From IMG/VR virus record IMGVR_UViG_3300035670_000198, positions 1 through 63,922 of that record: DNA of 63,922 bases; one strand, 5' to 3'. Positions 1-9,972 of this stretch are shown here, in pieces. Below the pieces are notes generated by a model, which was not told where the DNA came from, did no database searches, and saw nothing but the letters and a program-made list of their open reading frames with translations. The translations under genes were made by a program, and so were the position numbers. Position 1 is the stretch's first letter. The number at the start of each line of letters is the position of its first letter. Origin of the DNA: a virus (lineage: Duplodnaviria > Caudoviricetes).

Positions 1-43
1 TGGACATAGATGTTATTTACTTTTTCAACAACGACGTGTTCTA

Positions 44-493
44 TCATCGAGCACCTTGAATGAACTTCTCCCAGCCCATGTACTCTTTCAACTGCCACGT
101 GCGATTGTTCAATTCCTTCATAACATTGGTGCAAAAACTTGCAGACTCTTCATGATAGGCTTTTTTGCGCTTGAGTTTGTTTAGATCATCATCGCCATCA
201 AGATAGACAGCAATGTCAGACTTCAATGTGAAACGAAATGGCTCCCAACCAAGTTTATCTAATTCATCTTGGTCTAACTTGCCATTGTAATACATCCACT
301 TGAGTTTCTTGAGTTTATCAAACTCTAATGCTGCACGACGAGCAGCAAGATTATGCAATGACAAATATTTGTTATACTTGTTATGCAACAATGGAATGCG
401 CAAAATCTCTTTGCCAGGTTCCGTGGTATCGACTTCGGAATCCTTTTCCCATTGCTGCATTAGTTCTTCGAGCGGAGGTGTTTCTATTTTCAT
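44..493 (-). CDS. uvsY: Recombination mediator protein UvsY
   Basis: 149 aa; WEKDSEVD...IPLLHNKY...KWMYYNGK...LKSDIAVYLDGD...LNNRTWQLK matches T4-like UvsY; usual position after gp3. Confidence 0.92.
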   Translation of the reverse strand: MKIETPPLEELMQQWEKDSEVDTTEPGKEILRIPLLHNKYNKYLSLHNLAARRAALEFDKLKKLKWMYYNGKLDQDELDKLGWEPFRFTLKSDIAVYLDGDDDLNKLKRKKAYHEESASFCTNVMKELNNRTWQLKEYMGWEKFIQGAR

Positions 494-499
494 GCATCA

Positions 500-528
500 A
501 TTATAAATCATTTCAAATCAAAAGACAA
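500..528 (-). promoter_or_regulatory. Sigma70-like promoter for uvsY
   Basis: TTGTCT-N17-TATAAT on the minus strand; uvsY ATG follows the -10 after 6 nt. Confidence 0.65.
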
Positions 529-541
529 GTCAAAGCAAGAG

Positions 542-570
542 TTGTCTTACAAGGATTGCACCAGTATAAT
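542..570 (+). promoter_or_regulatory. Sigma70-like promoter, divergent and antisense to gp3
   Basis: TTGTCT(542-547)-N17-TATAAT(565-570) on the plus strand. Confidence 0.5.
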
Positions 571-609
571 CAGTATGTCTGGTTTGATCGGGGATCTCAA
601 GAATAACTT

Positions 610-1152
610 CTAGATTCTTTCGTATTCATAGTAAGAGAATCTAAATGTTGCATCTGCTGTGACAATATTCTCTGCAGAGTCTTGGGAAGAAAATAGTATA
701 GTTGAAAGCGTCGTTGGAAACAAGTCAACGAATTTGACTCTGAAATTTGGATTATTTTTGTTTGTATAGACTGAAAGAATTGCATCGCTATACTGCGGCT
801 TAGATTTGTATTCTGCTCTGAATAATGGTGCGCGATCTAATCGTTTCAGATCCAAATACTCTTTGAATTCTGTTGGGAATGTGATTGCGCGAATCCAATC
901 ATGAATCTCAGTCCATGCTCGTAGATCTTCATCTACCAAGAAAGTGATATTGAATGTATCATACACGAGTTTTTCTCCAGGAACATATAGATCAACAAAT
1001 GGTGTTGGTCTCTGGATTTCTGTAAGAGAAACTCCAGGAAAGTTTGCAGTTTGACAAAAGAATGTAGTTCCTGGTAAACGATCAAACGTCACTCTAAATT
1101 TTGTACTCTGCAATAAGTCTTTATTGCTAGGTGCTCGTGTTTGTGCTGTCAT
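610..1152 (-). CDS. gp3: Tail completion / tube terminator protein
   Basis: FFCQTANFPGVSL...PGEKLVYDTFNITFLVDEDL..W.EIHDWI...FPTTLS...ADATFRF, typical of gp3. Confidence 0.9.
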   Translation of the reverse strand: MTAQTRAPSNKDLLQSTKFRVTFDRLPGTTFFCQTANFPGVSLTEIQRPTPFVDLYVPGEKLVYDTFNITFLVDEDLRAWTEIHDWIRAITFPTEFKEYLDLKRLDRAPLFRAEYKSKPQYSDAILSVYTNKNNPNFRVKFVDLFPTTLSTILFSSQDSAENIVTADATFRFSYYEYERI

Positions 1153-1345
1153 CTATAAGTTTCCGTAGATCTACAAGGTTTTCTTTCTCAATAAGATCAA
1201 TGATGAAGTTTGTGAGTTCAATTTCTTTTCGAATAAAAAACATTTTCTTATTCAATTCATCTAATCTCTCAGAGTAATATCTCAGCTCCTGCTCTTTTTG
1301 TTTGCGCAGGTCTTTTAGATCAGATAAAAGAATAATCTTCGCCAT
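1127..1345 (-). CDS. Small coiled-coil hypothetical protein
   Basis: 72 aa ORF directly behind a late-promoter motif; overlaps the gp3 start. Confidence 0.75.
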   Translation of the reverse strand: MAKIILLSDLKDLRKQKEQELRYYSERLDELNKKMFFIRKEIELTNFIIDLIEKENLVDLRKLIDDSTNTST

Positions 1346-1351
1346 ACCAAC

Positions 1352-1358
1352 TATTTAG
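1352..1358 (-). promoter_or_regulatory. T4-type late promoter variant (CTAAATA)
   Basis: CTAAATA-GTTGGT-ATG on the minus strand. Confidence 0.7.
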
Positions 1359-1360
1359 GG

Positions 1361-1392
1361 AAATAAAAAAGGGGGAGTCTTTCGACCCCCCC
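1361..1392 (-). terminator. Rho-independent terminator after gp23
   Basis: Minus strand GGGGGGTC-GAAA-GACTCCCCC followed by TTTTTTATTT. Confidence 0.88.
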
Positions 1393-1449
1393 TCAGTATT
1401 TTGCCTTATTGTTTTTATCAAGTCGGCAATAACTTTTCTAGCACATCAA

Positions 1450-2784
1450 TTATTGGTTGATGTTTAGGACTTGGAACTTACGATAGTAGTAGTTCGTGCC
1501 GTCTGCTAGAGCGCCTGTACCTGCGCCAGTTGCGAATGGGTTTGCAACGAGACCGTAACGAGTCTTGAAGCCAACTTTTGGTTGGTAAGTCGTTGGGTCG
1601 ATTGCGCGGACCATCTGCAATGGAACGTATGGGCAATAGAACAAGCCAGCGTCATAAGCATTTGAACCCTTATAACCGACTACGACGTAGTCTGAACCAG
1701 CGACAGAATATGGGTCAACATAAACTTTGACACGACCGAATAGTGTGCCAGCGAATGTGTTGCCTGTATCGTCAACTGTTAGGTTTGTGTTGTTGCTTAG
1801 AGCAGAATTGTAGTCAAGTAGACCAGTCATTGCTAGGGCTGATGCAACATCGGTTGAAACGATGAGCAAGTTACCCTTGCCGCGACGAGTGTCCTTGGCA
1901 ATCTTATTGGCTGCTTGTTCGATGCGGAACAATAGGCTCTTATACTTTTCTACCTGCCAGCGACCTGAAGTGCCACCATCTGCATCAGATATAGTTGATG
2001 AAGATAGGTTGACAACGTTTTGTGACACTGATGAGATACCAACGTTAGCTGTTGCATAGATCGTACGAACAACTTCGCGGTTGATTTCTGCAAGAATTTC
2101 AGTTGACAAAATATTTGTCAATTCTGTTTCTGCATCTAGACCGTGAATTGCCTTGAGATCTTGTGCAAGTTCTAGCGTGTAGGCTGCTTGCAAGCCACGT
2201 GACTTGGCTGTAACAGAAACGCGGTCGATCTGGAAGCCCATGTACTTCATGGTTAGATCTTCTGCGGTTGATGTTGCAAGACCAGCACCTGTGTTTGCTA
2301 GACCGAATGTTGCGCTATCTGCGTCGCCGAAGTTTACATCACTGTTTAGAGTGTGTGAACCACCACCAGAGTGTGCAGTATTGGCTTCGTTGTATAGAGC
2401 CTCACCGCCACGTGCTGTTGAAGAAGCATAGACTGAGCGCATTGCGAAAATCAAACCTGTTGGACCAGTCATTGGCTGAACGCCGCAGATGTCATAAGCC
2501 ATTAGGTTTGGAAGAGCACGACGAACCAAACCGATTAGGATTGGATCGAAGCCCTTGATTCCACCTTCGCTACCAACTACTGGAGACATACCGCCGCCAA
2601 CTGCGTTGGCTGGTGATGCTTCCCATAGGTTTTGCATGGAGCGTGATTCTTCCATTAGGGCGCGTTCTTGGTTCTCTAGAACAAGTGCAGTAACTGCACG
2701 CTTGTAAGGATCTGTGATCTTTGGGAGTTCTGAGTGATCAAGAACTGGAGCCCACTTCTTTGCATATGTTTCGTTTAGATACAT
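1450..2784 (-). CDS. gp23: Major capsid protein
   Basis: KWAPVL...LVRRALPNLMAYDICGVQPMTGPTGLIFAMR...ELAQDLKAIHGLDAE...FYCPYVPLQM...KTRYG. Confidence 0.99.
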   Translation of the reverse strand: MYLNETYAKKWAPVLDHSELPKITDPYKRAVTALVLENQERALMEESRSMQNLWEASPANAVGGGMSPVVGSEGGIKGFDPILIGLVRRALPNLMAYDICGVQPMTGPTGLIFAMRSVYASSTARGGEALYNEANTAHSGGGSHTLNSDVNFGDADSATFGLANTGAGLATSTAEDLTMKYMGFQIDRVSVTAKSRGLQAAYTLELAQDLKAIHGLDAETELTNILSTEILAEINREVVRTIYATANVGISSVSQNVVNLSSSTISDADGGTSGRWQVEKYKSLLFRIEQAANKIAKDTRRGKGNLLIVSTDVASALAMTGLLDYNSALSNNTNLTVDDTGNTFAGTLFGRVKVYVDPYSVAGSDYVVVGYKGSNAYDAGLFYCPYVPLQMVRAIDPTTYQPKVGFKTRYGLVANPFATGAGTGALADGTNYYYRKFQVLNINQ

Positions 2785-2811
2785 TTTATAACTCTCCTGA
2801 GTTCTTATTGA

Positions 2812-3972
2812 TTAGGCTTTTGGAGCCGTTTTTGTGATTGCATTTACATAATGTTTCATCAGACCTTGTACGTCTGCTACTTCTGGTTCTTCAACAGCTG
2901 TTTCTTGAAGAGCCTTGACCTCACTTGTCATTTTCTTGGCTGGGAAGTAGTTCTCGCGAATAGTTGCGAGCTTGCTATTAAACTCACCCTCTGTGGTGAA
3001 CTCCACGCCCTCTGCGAGCGAAATCATCTTAGCAATTTGTGTTTCAGTTAGACCTTCGCAAATCTTGCGAACTGCTTCATGTTTCTTAGCAACATTGAGT
3101 TCTTCAACCAATGCAGCCTTTTCAGCAGCAGCTGCAGATGCGGCTTCTTCAAGAGAAGCAACACGTGCGGCTAGTTCTTCTGCTACATCGACTTTCTCTT
3201 CAGGAATTTCGATGTAGTGTTCGTTGAATAGATTCTTGAGACCGTTGATGAAGTCTTCAGTCAATTCTGAACGTAGACCTGTTTCGATAGCAACCTTATT
3301 GTCTTCAACCCACTGCTCAACGACGTAGTTTAGATACTCGTCAACTTGTTCAGCCATTTGTGTTTGAAGTGCTTCGACTGCTTCGGCTAGAACTGATTCG
3401 TTTTCTGCCATTACGTCTTCAACAATCTTTTCAACACGTGATTGAACAGCAGCTTCGAAAATCGTAGTTGCTTTCGTGCGGAATTCTTCTGATAGTGATT
3501 CGCCATTGAAGAGAGCATCAACGTCTTCTGACATTGAACCCTTATGCTTCTTGACCATATCCTTCTTCCAGGCTTCCTTCATTTCTTTTTCGTCTTTCTC
3601 TTCTTCCTCGTCCTCGTCTTTTTCTTCTTCATCTTCGGACTTGGCTTCAGCGACGACTTCTTCTTCAGAAACTTCTTCAGCAGTTACAACTGATTGCTCT
3701 TCAGCAACTTCAGCAACAACTTCTGCTGTTTCGTCTGTTTCTGTCTCTTCCATAGCCTGAACTTTGACACCCTTTGCATCACCCTTGGTGGCTGGCTTTG
3801 GTGCTTCTGAAGCATCAGCAGCTGCCTTCTTACCAATATCGGTTGGTGCAGTTGTTGGTGTTTGACCACCAAGATCTTCCATCTCGGCTGGTAGTTTATG
3901 TGCTGGTTCCTTTGCGGCTGACATTGATGCCTTTAGGATTTCTGCAGCGGATTCTGATAATGTCTTAGTCAT
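2812..3972 (-). CDS. gp22: Prohead core scaffold protein
   Basis: Acidic and helical; LSEEFRTKATTIFEAAV...VDEYLNYVVEQW...GLKNLF.EHYI; lies between gp21 and gp23. Confidence 0.95.
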   Translation of the reverse strand: MTKTLSESAAEILKASMSAAKEPAHKLPAEMEDLGGQTPTTAPTDIGKKAAADASEAPKPATKGDAKGVKVQAMEETETDETAEVVAEVAEEQSVVTAEEVSEEEVVAEAKSEDEEEKDEDEEEEKDEKEMKEAWKKDMVKKHKGSMSEDVDALFNGESLSEEFRTKATTIFEAAVQSRVEKIVEDVMAENESVLAEAVEALQTQMAEQVDEYLNYVVEQWVEDNKVAIETGLRSELTEDFINGLKNLFNEHYIEIPEEKVDVAEELAARVASLEEAASAAAAEKAALVEELNVAKKHEAVRKICEGLTETQIAKMISLAEGVEFTTEGEFNSKLATIRENYFPAKKMTSEVKALQETAVEEPEVADVQGLMKHYVNAITKTAPKA

Positions 3973-3999
3973 TTGTTGTAACTCCTGAAGAAGTAATAT

Positions 4000-4007
4000 T
4001 ATTTATA
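4000..4007 (-). promoter_or_regulatory. T4 late promoter TATAAATA
   Basis: Exact consensus upstream of gp22 and its AGGAG SD. Confidence 0.88.
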
Positions 4008-4011
4008 AATT

Positions 4012-4656
4012 TTACAGTTTTGACAAGAAGTTCTCGAAGATTTTCAAGGAGATCTCGTCGATTTGCTTTTGTTTAGCAGTTTTTATTTGAGTATAGTATT
4101 CGTTGATGTCAATTTCTTTGACCTTACCGTTGTCCCATACCCACTCTTTACCTTCCATAATGCCTTGAACAAAAGCACCTGGTGCGGACGGATCCGCTAC
4201 AATATCAGCCGCTGTGGCTAGATAATAGTCATCTTGAACGACGTTGACACCGCCCTCGTTTTTGAGAGAGCCCATGCCACGGCATGACACACCAAGAATT
4301 GCACCACCTTCCATAAGTGATTTGGCGATTTTACCCATTGGTGTTTCAAGAATTTTTGCTTTACCAACCCAAACGTTACCTTCTTGTTTGAGATTGGTGA
4401 TAAGATGTGATACTCGATCTAGATTGATCGATGGTGAGTCTGGATGACCTAATTCACCGAATGCGCGATTTCTATCTACATATTCTTCGCTATAACGCTT
4501 GACTTCTTTTGCAAGCGTATCTACAGGATACACACGACCGTTGCGATTCTTTGTTTCAGCAACGAGAAATGGTCCTTGAATGTAAAGCGATTTCACACCG
4601 TTTTGTTCTTCGGTAAGAACCTTGACTTCTTCGATTGATTCTGTGATTAGTTTCAT
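4012..4656 (-). CDS. gp21: Prohead maturation protease
   Basis: NRNGRVYP...GELGHP...RVSH...GVSCRGMGSL...DIVADPSAP.AFV. Confidence 0.98.
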   Translation of the reverse strand: MKLITESIEEVKVLTEEQNGVKSLYIQGPFLVAETKNRNGRVYPVDTLAKEVKRYSEEYVDRNRAFGELGHPDSPSINLDRVSHLITNLKQEGNVWVGKAKILETPMGKIAKSLMEGGAILGVSCRGMGSLKNEGGVNVVQDDYYLATAADIVADPSAPGAFVQGIMEGKEWVWDNGKVKEIDINEYYTQIKTAKQKQIDEISLKIFENFLSKL

Positions 4657-4959
4657 TTACTTCAACCCCAGTGATGCGCGCTTTCTGAGAGAACGCTTTC
4701 TTTTGATAAGTGCTCGAGCCATTTTGGCTTTTCTTTTGATCTTAGCACGACGAGCTGCGAGCTTTCTCTTCATGCGTTCGCGCGGTGGGATGCGAACCAA
4801 TTTACCACCACGAATGGTATAGCCTGGAACTGCTGAAAGAACTTTGCGGCGCTGAACCTTACCACCACGCACTCTTGCGCGGATAAGTTTTTTGCGACCC
4901 ATGCGCTGAACGTTTGCTTCAGCGATAATCTCTCGTACAATTTCTGATACTAAACTCAT
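4657..4959 (-). CDS. Highly basic prohead core protein (gp68-like)
   Basis: 100 aa, Arg/Lys-rich, ends RKRSLRKRASLGL; immediately upstream of gp21. Confidence 0.75.
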   Translation of the reverse strand: MSLVSEIVREIIAEANVQRMGRKKLIRARVRGGKVQRRKVLSAVPGYTIRGGKLVRIPPRERMKRKLAARRAKIKRKAKMARALIKRKRSLRKRASLGLK

Positions 4960-5777
4960 TCTTCGTCACCGATTGTGAATTTGACTTTACTCAATGCAAA
5001 GTGTGCTGCTTTTTCGAATCCTTTTGGATGTGTAAGCATATCAGCAAACTTCTTTTTGTTCTCGTCGTTCAATGCGCCGTGGACCATATGAATGGCTTTT
5101 GCAGCACCATGACTGACTTTGAGTTTTGATCCGTCAGCAAATTTCATATGTTTTGAAGTTGCTTTTGGATTTTCCTCAGAAGCATATTTAGAAACTTGCT
5201 CCAAACTCTCAAGAATATCTTCGATCTCCGTCTCTTCCATCTGTACATTTGTTCCAGGAACAATCTCTCCTGGTGAACTTCCAGTTCCAGCATACGGAAT
5301 CGTAATGACAAGACCGAGTTGCTTGTTTTGATACATTGCAACCTTGCGTCCGTCTGGGAAAATACGAATACCCTTACGCTGCATAACGATTACAACTGGA
5401 GGATTATTCTCGTCTTTGAATCCACCAATGGCTTCGTTGAGTTCTTCACCAGTAACTTCAATCTCATTATGAGAAACAATGTTACGGCGAACTGCTTGAA
5501 ATGATTGTTGAGAACCAATAGCTGCTTTTGACGCTGAATCGTAGTATCTGGTTACAACATCACGATCTTTTCTTGATAATTTAGCAATATCACCAACTTG
5601 TGAGTGACGGCGCAGCGCAATCTTCAAACGTGGAAGATCGCTGGCTGGCATCATACCAGCACGAACTAGTGCGCTGATTCTTGTGTTATCAACCTGCGCT
5701 TGTTTCTGCTGCTGCTTCTGCTGATCCATCGCTGGATTCGCTTCCGACAACTTCGCTTTGATTTGCTTCAACTTCAT
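4956..5777 (-). CDS. Hypothetical protein, probable internal head protein
   Basis: 273 aa within the prohead core cluster; L/I-x-E-like sites (LSE, LNE, ILE). Confidence 0.7.
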   Translation of the reverse strand: MKLKQIKAKLSEANPAMDQQKQQQKQAQVDNTRISALVRAGMMPASDLPRLKIALRRHSQVGDIAKLSRKDRDVVTRYYDSASKAAIGSQQSFQAVRRNIVSHNEIEVTGEELNEAIGGFKDENNPPVVIVMQRKGIRIFPDGRKVAMYQNKQLGLVITIPYAGTGSSPGEIVPGTNVQMEETEIEDILESLEQVSKYASEENPKATSKHMKFADGSKLKVSHGAAKAIHMVHGALNDENKKKFADMLTHPKGFEKAAHFALSKVKFTIGDEE

Positions 5778-5943
5778 TTGTTTCTACTTCTGGTGTGAGT
5801 AAAGATGATGCTACTTCAACTTTTTTTACTTCAAGAGCATCTGATACTTTATTGGAAATCGTAGAGTTGAAAGCTGCTTCAAAACCAGCTTTGTCTCCCA
5901 TGATTGCCGCCTTTACCATATCAAGTGTCATTGGATTGTCCAT
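5689..5943 (-). CDS. Prohead core protein (gp67-like)
   Basis: Small acidic protein after the portal: F.AAFNSTISNKVSDALEVKKVEVASSLL; GGAG SD. Confidence 0.75.
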   Translation of the reverse strand: MDNPMTLDMVKAAIMGDKAGFEAAFNSTISNKVSDALEVKKVEVASSLLTPEVETNEVEANQSEVVGSESSDGSAEAAAETSAG

Positions 5944-5957
5944 GATGTCTCCATTAT

Positions 5958-7610
5958 TTACCTAACTTGTGAACTGAATGCTTGGTCAAGATTACTTGAA
6001 TTTGCTGTTTGCTGTTGTGGTGCTGCAGGTTGACCTTGCATAGCAGCCATGGCAGCATTTTGAGCAACAGCAGCATTTTGAGCAGATACTGATAGGCTAC
6101 CAATTCCCATTGCATCTGCGGCTGCTCTTTCTTCTTCAAGTTCTTGATCCATTCTCTCAATGCCTTCTTCATCGAAGTGAAGGACTTGTTTCTTGACCCA
6201 TGCTTTAGAGAAATATGTTCCAACGTATGGATCAACTTGATTCAAAAGTTGAAGTCTTGCTGTCATCAACTCTGATTCTTTCAACTCGGCAAAGTTGTTG
6301 TCTTTGAGGAAATCATAGTGAATCTTTTCTTTCAACTTTTCCCATTCATCAACAGAGCAAATGCCTTTGAGTGCAAGTTGACGTCTCATCAACTCGTCAA
6401 ACAACGTACTAAATTTAGCACGAACTCTTTCAATGAACTTTGTAAACTTCAATTCATCGCGAGTAATTTCTGTTGTACGACCAAGAGAGAATCCTTGATT
6501 CTGTTCTAAGCGAGAAATTGGGACGTTCAATGACTTGTATAGTTTTGATTCGAAGTATTTTACGTCAGACAATTCACCAAGATTTTGACCTGCTGGTAGA
6601 GTTGTGATTTCTGTTGACTTACCTTCACCGCGACGTGGAATCCAAAAGTCTTCCATCATTGACATAAACTTGCGATCGTCTTTGACTTCACCAGTAGAAC
6701 TATCGTAAACAACCTTGTTGCGGAACTTTGTCATGATATCACGAAGATATTGTTCTGCTTTGATTTTTGGCATGTTACCAACATCAATATAGAACACACG
6801 ACGTTCTGGAGCACGTGATAGACGATAGATTACAACAGCGTCCTCAACCATTCGGAGCTGGTTGAGTGGCTTGATTGCCTTGTGAAGGTAAGACAAAACC
6901 ATTTGACGTCTTGCGTCAAGAATACCTGAATTGATATTGATAATTGCGTCAGGAGCAATACGAACAGAGTTTGGTGAACTGACTGAAGTTACAATCTGTT
7001 GACCTTGTACTGATGCGCGCTCATTGAAGACGTAAAATTCTTCAATACCTGCAATTACATCAACTTTAGTTCTTGGATCTCTGTTCTTGATAATCGTACG
7101 AACTTTTTTGATCTTGCGTGGATCAATGTAAACCAATTCTTGAATACCAAGTTTTGGTTGCTTTTCGTCGATTAGAACCTGATAGAAAACGCGACCGTCG
7201 ATGTACCAGTTACGGAAAACATCTGCGCCGCGATTAGAGAAATCGAGCATACGAAGAACATTATCGAATTCTTCGCGGATCATTTCTTTGATTTTTTCTG
7301 GTTGCTCAAGATCATCGAGCATAATTGAAACGCTTTTGCCAGTTACATCGTGGACGATTGCTTCGTTGACAATTTCGTCAATGGCTGCTTCGAGTTCTGG
7401 CTGCATTGCCATTTCGCGATAGCGAGTAACAAGGTCGTTTTCGTTTTTGAAACTGGCTTCAAGATCTAGATACGTTCCAAAGTATCCGCCAGCATTGATA
7501 GCAAGAGCACCATCATCTGAAACAGGTGCAGTGATTTGAGGCTGAAGTTGTTGCGGACCTTCTTCGCCTTTCTTTCGTGTTATTTCGAATCCGAATAGAT
7601 TGATTGCCAT
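5958..7610 (-). CDS. gp20: Portal vertex protein
   Basis: SYLHKAIKPLNQLRMVEDAVVIYRLSRAPERRVFYIDVGNMPK...EDFWIPRRGEGKSTEITTLP. Confidence 0.99.
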   Translation of the reverse strand: MAINLFGFEITRKKGEEGPQQLQPQITAPVSDDGALAINAGGYFGTYLDLEASFKNENDLVTRYREMAMQPELEAAIDEIVNEAIVHDVTGKSVSIMLDDLEQPEKIKEMIREEFDNVLRMLDFSNRGADVFRNWYIDGRVFYQVLIDEKQPKLGIQELVYIDPRKIKKVRTIIKNRDPRTKVDVIAGIEEFYVFNERASVQGQQIVTSVSSPNSVRIAPDAIININSGILDARRQMVLSYLHKAIKPLNQLRMVEDAVVIYRLSRAPERRVFYIDVGNMPKIKAEQYLRDIMTKFRNKVVYDSSTGEVKDDRKFMSMMEDFWIPRRGEGKSTEITTLPAGQNLGELSDVKYFESKLYKSLNVPISRLEQNQGFSLGRTTEITRDELKFTKFIERVRAKFSTLFDELMRRQLALKGICSVDEWEKLKEKIHYDFLKDNNFAELKESELMTARLQLLNQVDPYVGTYFSKAWVKKQVLHFDEEGIERMDQELEEERAAADAMGIGSLSVSAQNAAVAQNAAMAAMQGQPAAPQQQTANSSNLDQAFSSQVR

Positions 7611-7630
7611 GCATTACCTCATAATAAATG

Positions 7631-7650
7631 GGGGGAGGATATCCTCCCCC
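7631..7650. terminator. GC-rich hairpin between gp19 and gp20 (probable terminator or attenuator)
   Basis: Perfect 20-bp palindrome GGGGGAGGATATCCTCCCCC; weak U-tract on the minus strand. Confidence 0.65.
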
Positions 7651-7663
7651 GATTCAATCGGCA

Positions 7664-8251
7664 TTAGGTGCCAAGTAGAGATTCAATTGGTGATCTCAAA
7701 CTTGAGAGACCGCCACGATCAACTGATTCCCAGTATTGATATGCGAAGTTTACTGTGTACTCTTCGATAGTATCATTTGAACCCCAGTCGAGATCGATCT
7801 GAGCAATATCTGTTGGGAACATGCCAACAAACTTGTATTTTTTCAATTGCTTACCATCTTTAGCAAACTGAATTACTTCAGCATCAACACCGTATGATTG
7901 TGACGTTCTTGCTCTTGATGAGCGCAGGTTAGAAACATTATCGTTGATTCCGCGGACCCATGATTCCATAGCATTACGGATCAAGAAGTCTTCGTCATTG
8001 ATAATTGTTACTGACCAGTCAGCAAAAGTACGATTGCCAGCAACCTTTACTTCGCGACCGAAGTAAGGCACTGTAACCATACCAACTGTTGAACCTGGAA
8101 GAGCCGCAGTCTTTACCATGAAGGAAGATTTGACAGACGCTGAAGCACCAAGTGATGCATAATTTGGGAACGTTAGTCGTACTTCAAACAGATTAGGACG
8201 TGCGCCATCACCAGTAAGTTGGGTACGGAATGAATTTACATTAAAAGCCAT
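7664..8251 (-). CDS. gp19: Tail tube protein
   Basis: GARPNLFEV...GREVKVAGNRTFADWSVTIINDEDF...FPTDIAQIDLDW...IEEYTVNFAYQYW. Confidence 0.97.
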   Translation of the reverse strand: MAFNVNSFRTQLTGDGARPNLFEVRLTFPNYASLGASASVKSSFMVKTAALPGSTVGMVTVPYFGREVKVAGNRTFADWSVTIINDEDFLIRNAMESWVRGINDNVSNLRSSRARTSQSYGVDAEVIQFAKDGKQLKKYKFVGMFPTDIAQIDLDWGSNDTIEEYTVNFAYQYWESVDRGGLSSLRSPIESLLGT

Positions 8252-8277
8252 TGTTTTCTCCTGACTTTATCCTAGTC

Positions 8278-8285
8278 TATTTATT
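8278..8285 (-). promoter_or_regulatory. Late promoter variant (AATAAATA)
   Basis: Overlaps the gp18 stop, upstream of gp19. Confidence 0.6.
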
Positions 8286-9972
8286 AGAAGCGACCAACGA
8301 TTTCGTCGAAGGCAACACCAGTACGGACAGCGACAAAGTTCAACTGGATAAAGTTGATGCTACGTGCTGGCTTGATGTAGATATCGCCTACAAACTCATT
8401 GCGGTCAATAACTTCTGGAGTATTGTTTGTTTCATCGCAAACAACACGGAAGTCATAGATACCGCGACGACCTTGTACCGTGCGAAGGAATGGCTCAACA
8501 AGATTTACGAAAGTCGCTCTTGTGAATTCATCGTTGAATTCAAAGAGACTTGACTTGGCTGCTCTTGCGATTGCCTTTTCTAGAACGATAAAGAGACGAC
8601 GTACATTGATACGATCAAATGCGCTTGGTCTTGCAAGCAACGTTTTATCACCATATAGAACCACACCTTCGCCTGGGAACGATACGATTGGGTTTACACC
8701 GTTCTTGTACAGTTCGTCGCGATTTGCTTGGCTTGGGTTATATGCCAACTTGATGACGTTCTTCAATTGACCGCGAGTAAATCCAGCTGGTGAGAACCAT
8801 GGATCGCGTTCTTCATCTGTGCGAGCGCAAAGACCAGCAACGTCACCATTACATGGAACCCAACGATAGGTATCGTTGTACTTGTCGTACATATACTTCC
8901 AGTTGCTATCCATTACAGCATATGATGATGAAGGTAGCGCGTCGCGATAGTTATTTACTGCAGCGACTGGATCAGGTGATGTTACGTTTGCATATGTTGG
9001 TGAAACGAAACCGACTGCATCGCGGCGTGAGCCAACAACAGCGATTACCTTCTCAGCAACTGCTTCACCATAACCACCAGTCATGATCAAAGAAACGTCA
9101 ACATTTTCTGTTGAAGTAAACTGATCATAGGCAATAATGACATTGCCGTCTGTTACTGTACCATCTGTACCACGCTCAAAAGAGATTGTTAGATTATCAC
9201 CTTCGAAGGCATGAGTTGAGTTAGCAGCAACGCCCCATGTTTCGTTATTTTGACCAAAACCAAAGACATAACGTGAATTGCGATAGAGAACATCTTTCCA
9301 GTAAATGCTATTACCAGATTCGTCTTTGGCGTTTGTTGCTTTTGAAACATAAGCAAAACGCTCGATAACGGTGTTTGGTGTTCCTGAGAACAATCCATCC
9401 TCGTCGACAACCGCGATGTGCATTTCGTCGTTTGCTAGGCTATTGTGATTTGCAGCAACCCAAGCTGATGTTCCAGGAACACCATCGAAGAACTCGTGGT
9501 ATGCAGCTGAACCGAACACAGAAGCATTGGCGTTTGCAATGATAGCGACCTTCAATGAGTTGCCGCGTGAACCAGGATAGCGAGCAGCGAAGGCAATATC
9601 TGTATTTGATGCATCGTGGTACGTCGTGAAGTAATGATCTTCATTCTTCATCTTGACGTTTGCGGCGCAAGAGAATGAATCGACATTCAATGCGACTGCA
9701 GAGTTGAGTGTTGCAGCATCAGCACGTGATACAAATAGGCTGTTGCTATATGATAGGAAGTTTGCTGCAGTGAAGAATGGTAGGTAAGTAGTGGCGTCTG
9801 GTTTGCCATATACTTCTACAAGTTCATCTTCGGAAGAAACTTGACGTAGAACGTCGACTGGACCCCACTGGAATGCGCCACCAATAGCGCCAGTGGCTGT
9901 TGAAACTGCTGGAACAACGGTTGTTGCATCAATTTCAGATACATTCACACCTGGTGATACTTGAAAAGCCAT
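8284..9972 (-). CDS. gp18: Tail sheath protein
   Basis: SPGVNVSEID...FQWGP...PWFSPAG...GDKT...SAFDRINVRRLF...FEFNDEFTR...KPARSINFIQLNF. Confidence 0.98.
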   Translation of the reverse strand: MAFQVSPGVNVSEIDATTVVPAVSTATGAIGGAFQWGPVDVLRQVSSEDELVEVYGKPDATTYLPFFTAANFLSYSNSLFVSRADAATLNSAVALNVDSFSCAANVKMKNEDHYFTTYHDASNTDIAFAARYPGSRGNSLKVAIIANANASVFGSAAYHEFFDGVPGTSAWVAANHNSLANDEMHIAVVDEDGLFSGTPNTVIERFAYVSKATNAKDESGNSIYWKDVLYRNSRYVFGFGQNNETWGVAANSTHAFEGDNLTISFERGTDGTVTDGNVIIAYDQFTSTENVDVSLIMTGGYGEAVAEKVIAVVGSRRDAVGFVSPTYANVTSPDPVAAVNNYRDALPSSSYAVMDSNWKYMYDKYNDTYRWVPCNGDVAGLCARTDEERDPWFSPAGFTRGQLKNVIKLAYNPSQANRDELYKNGVNPIVSFPGEGVVLYGDKTLLARPSAFDRINVRRLFIVLEKAIARAAKSSLFEFNDEFTRATFVNLVEPFLRTVQGRRGIYDFRVVCDETNNTPEVIDRNEFVGDIYIKPARSINFIQLNFVAVRTGVAFDEIVGRF

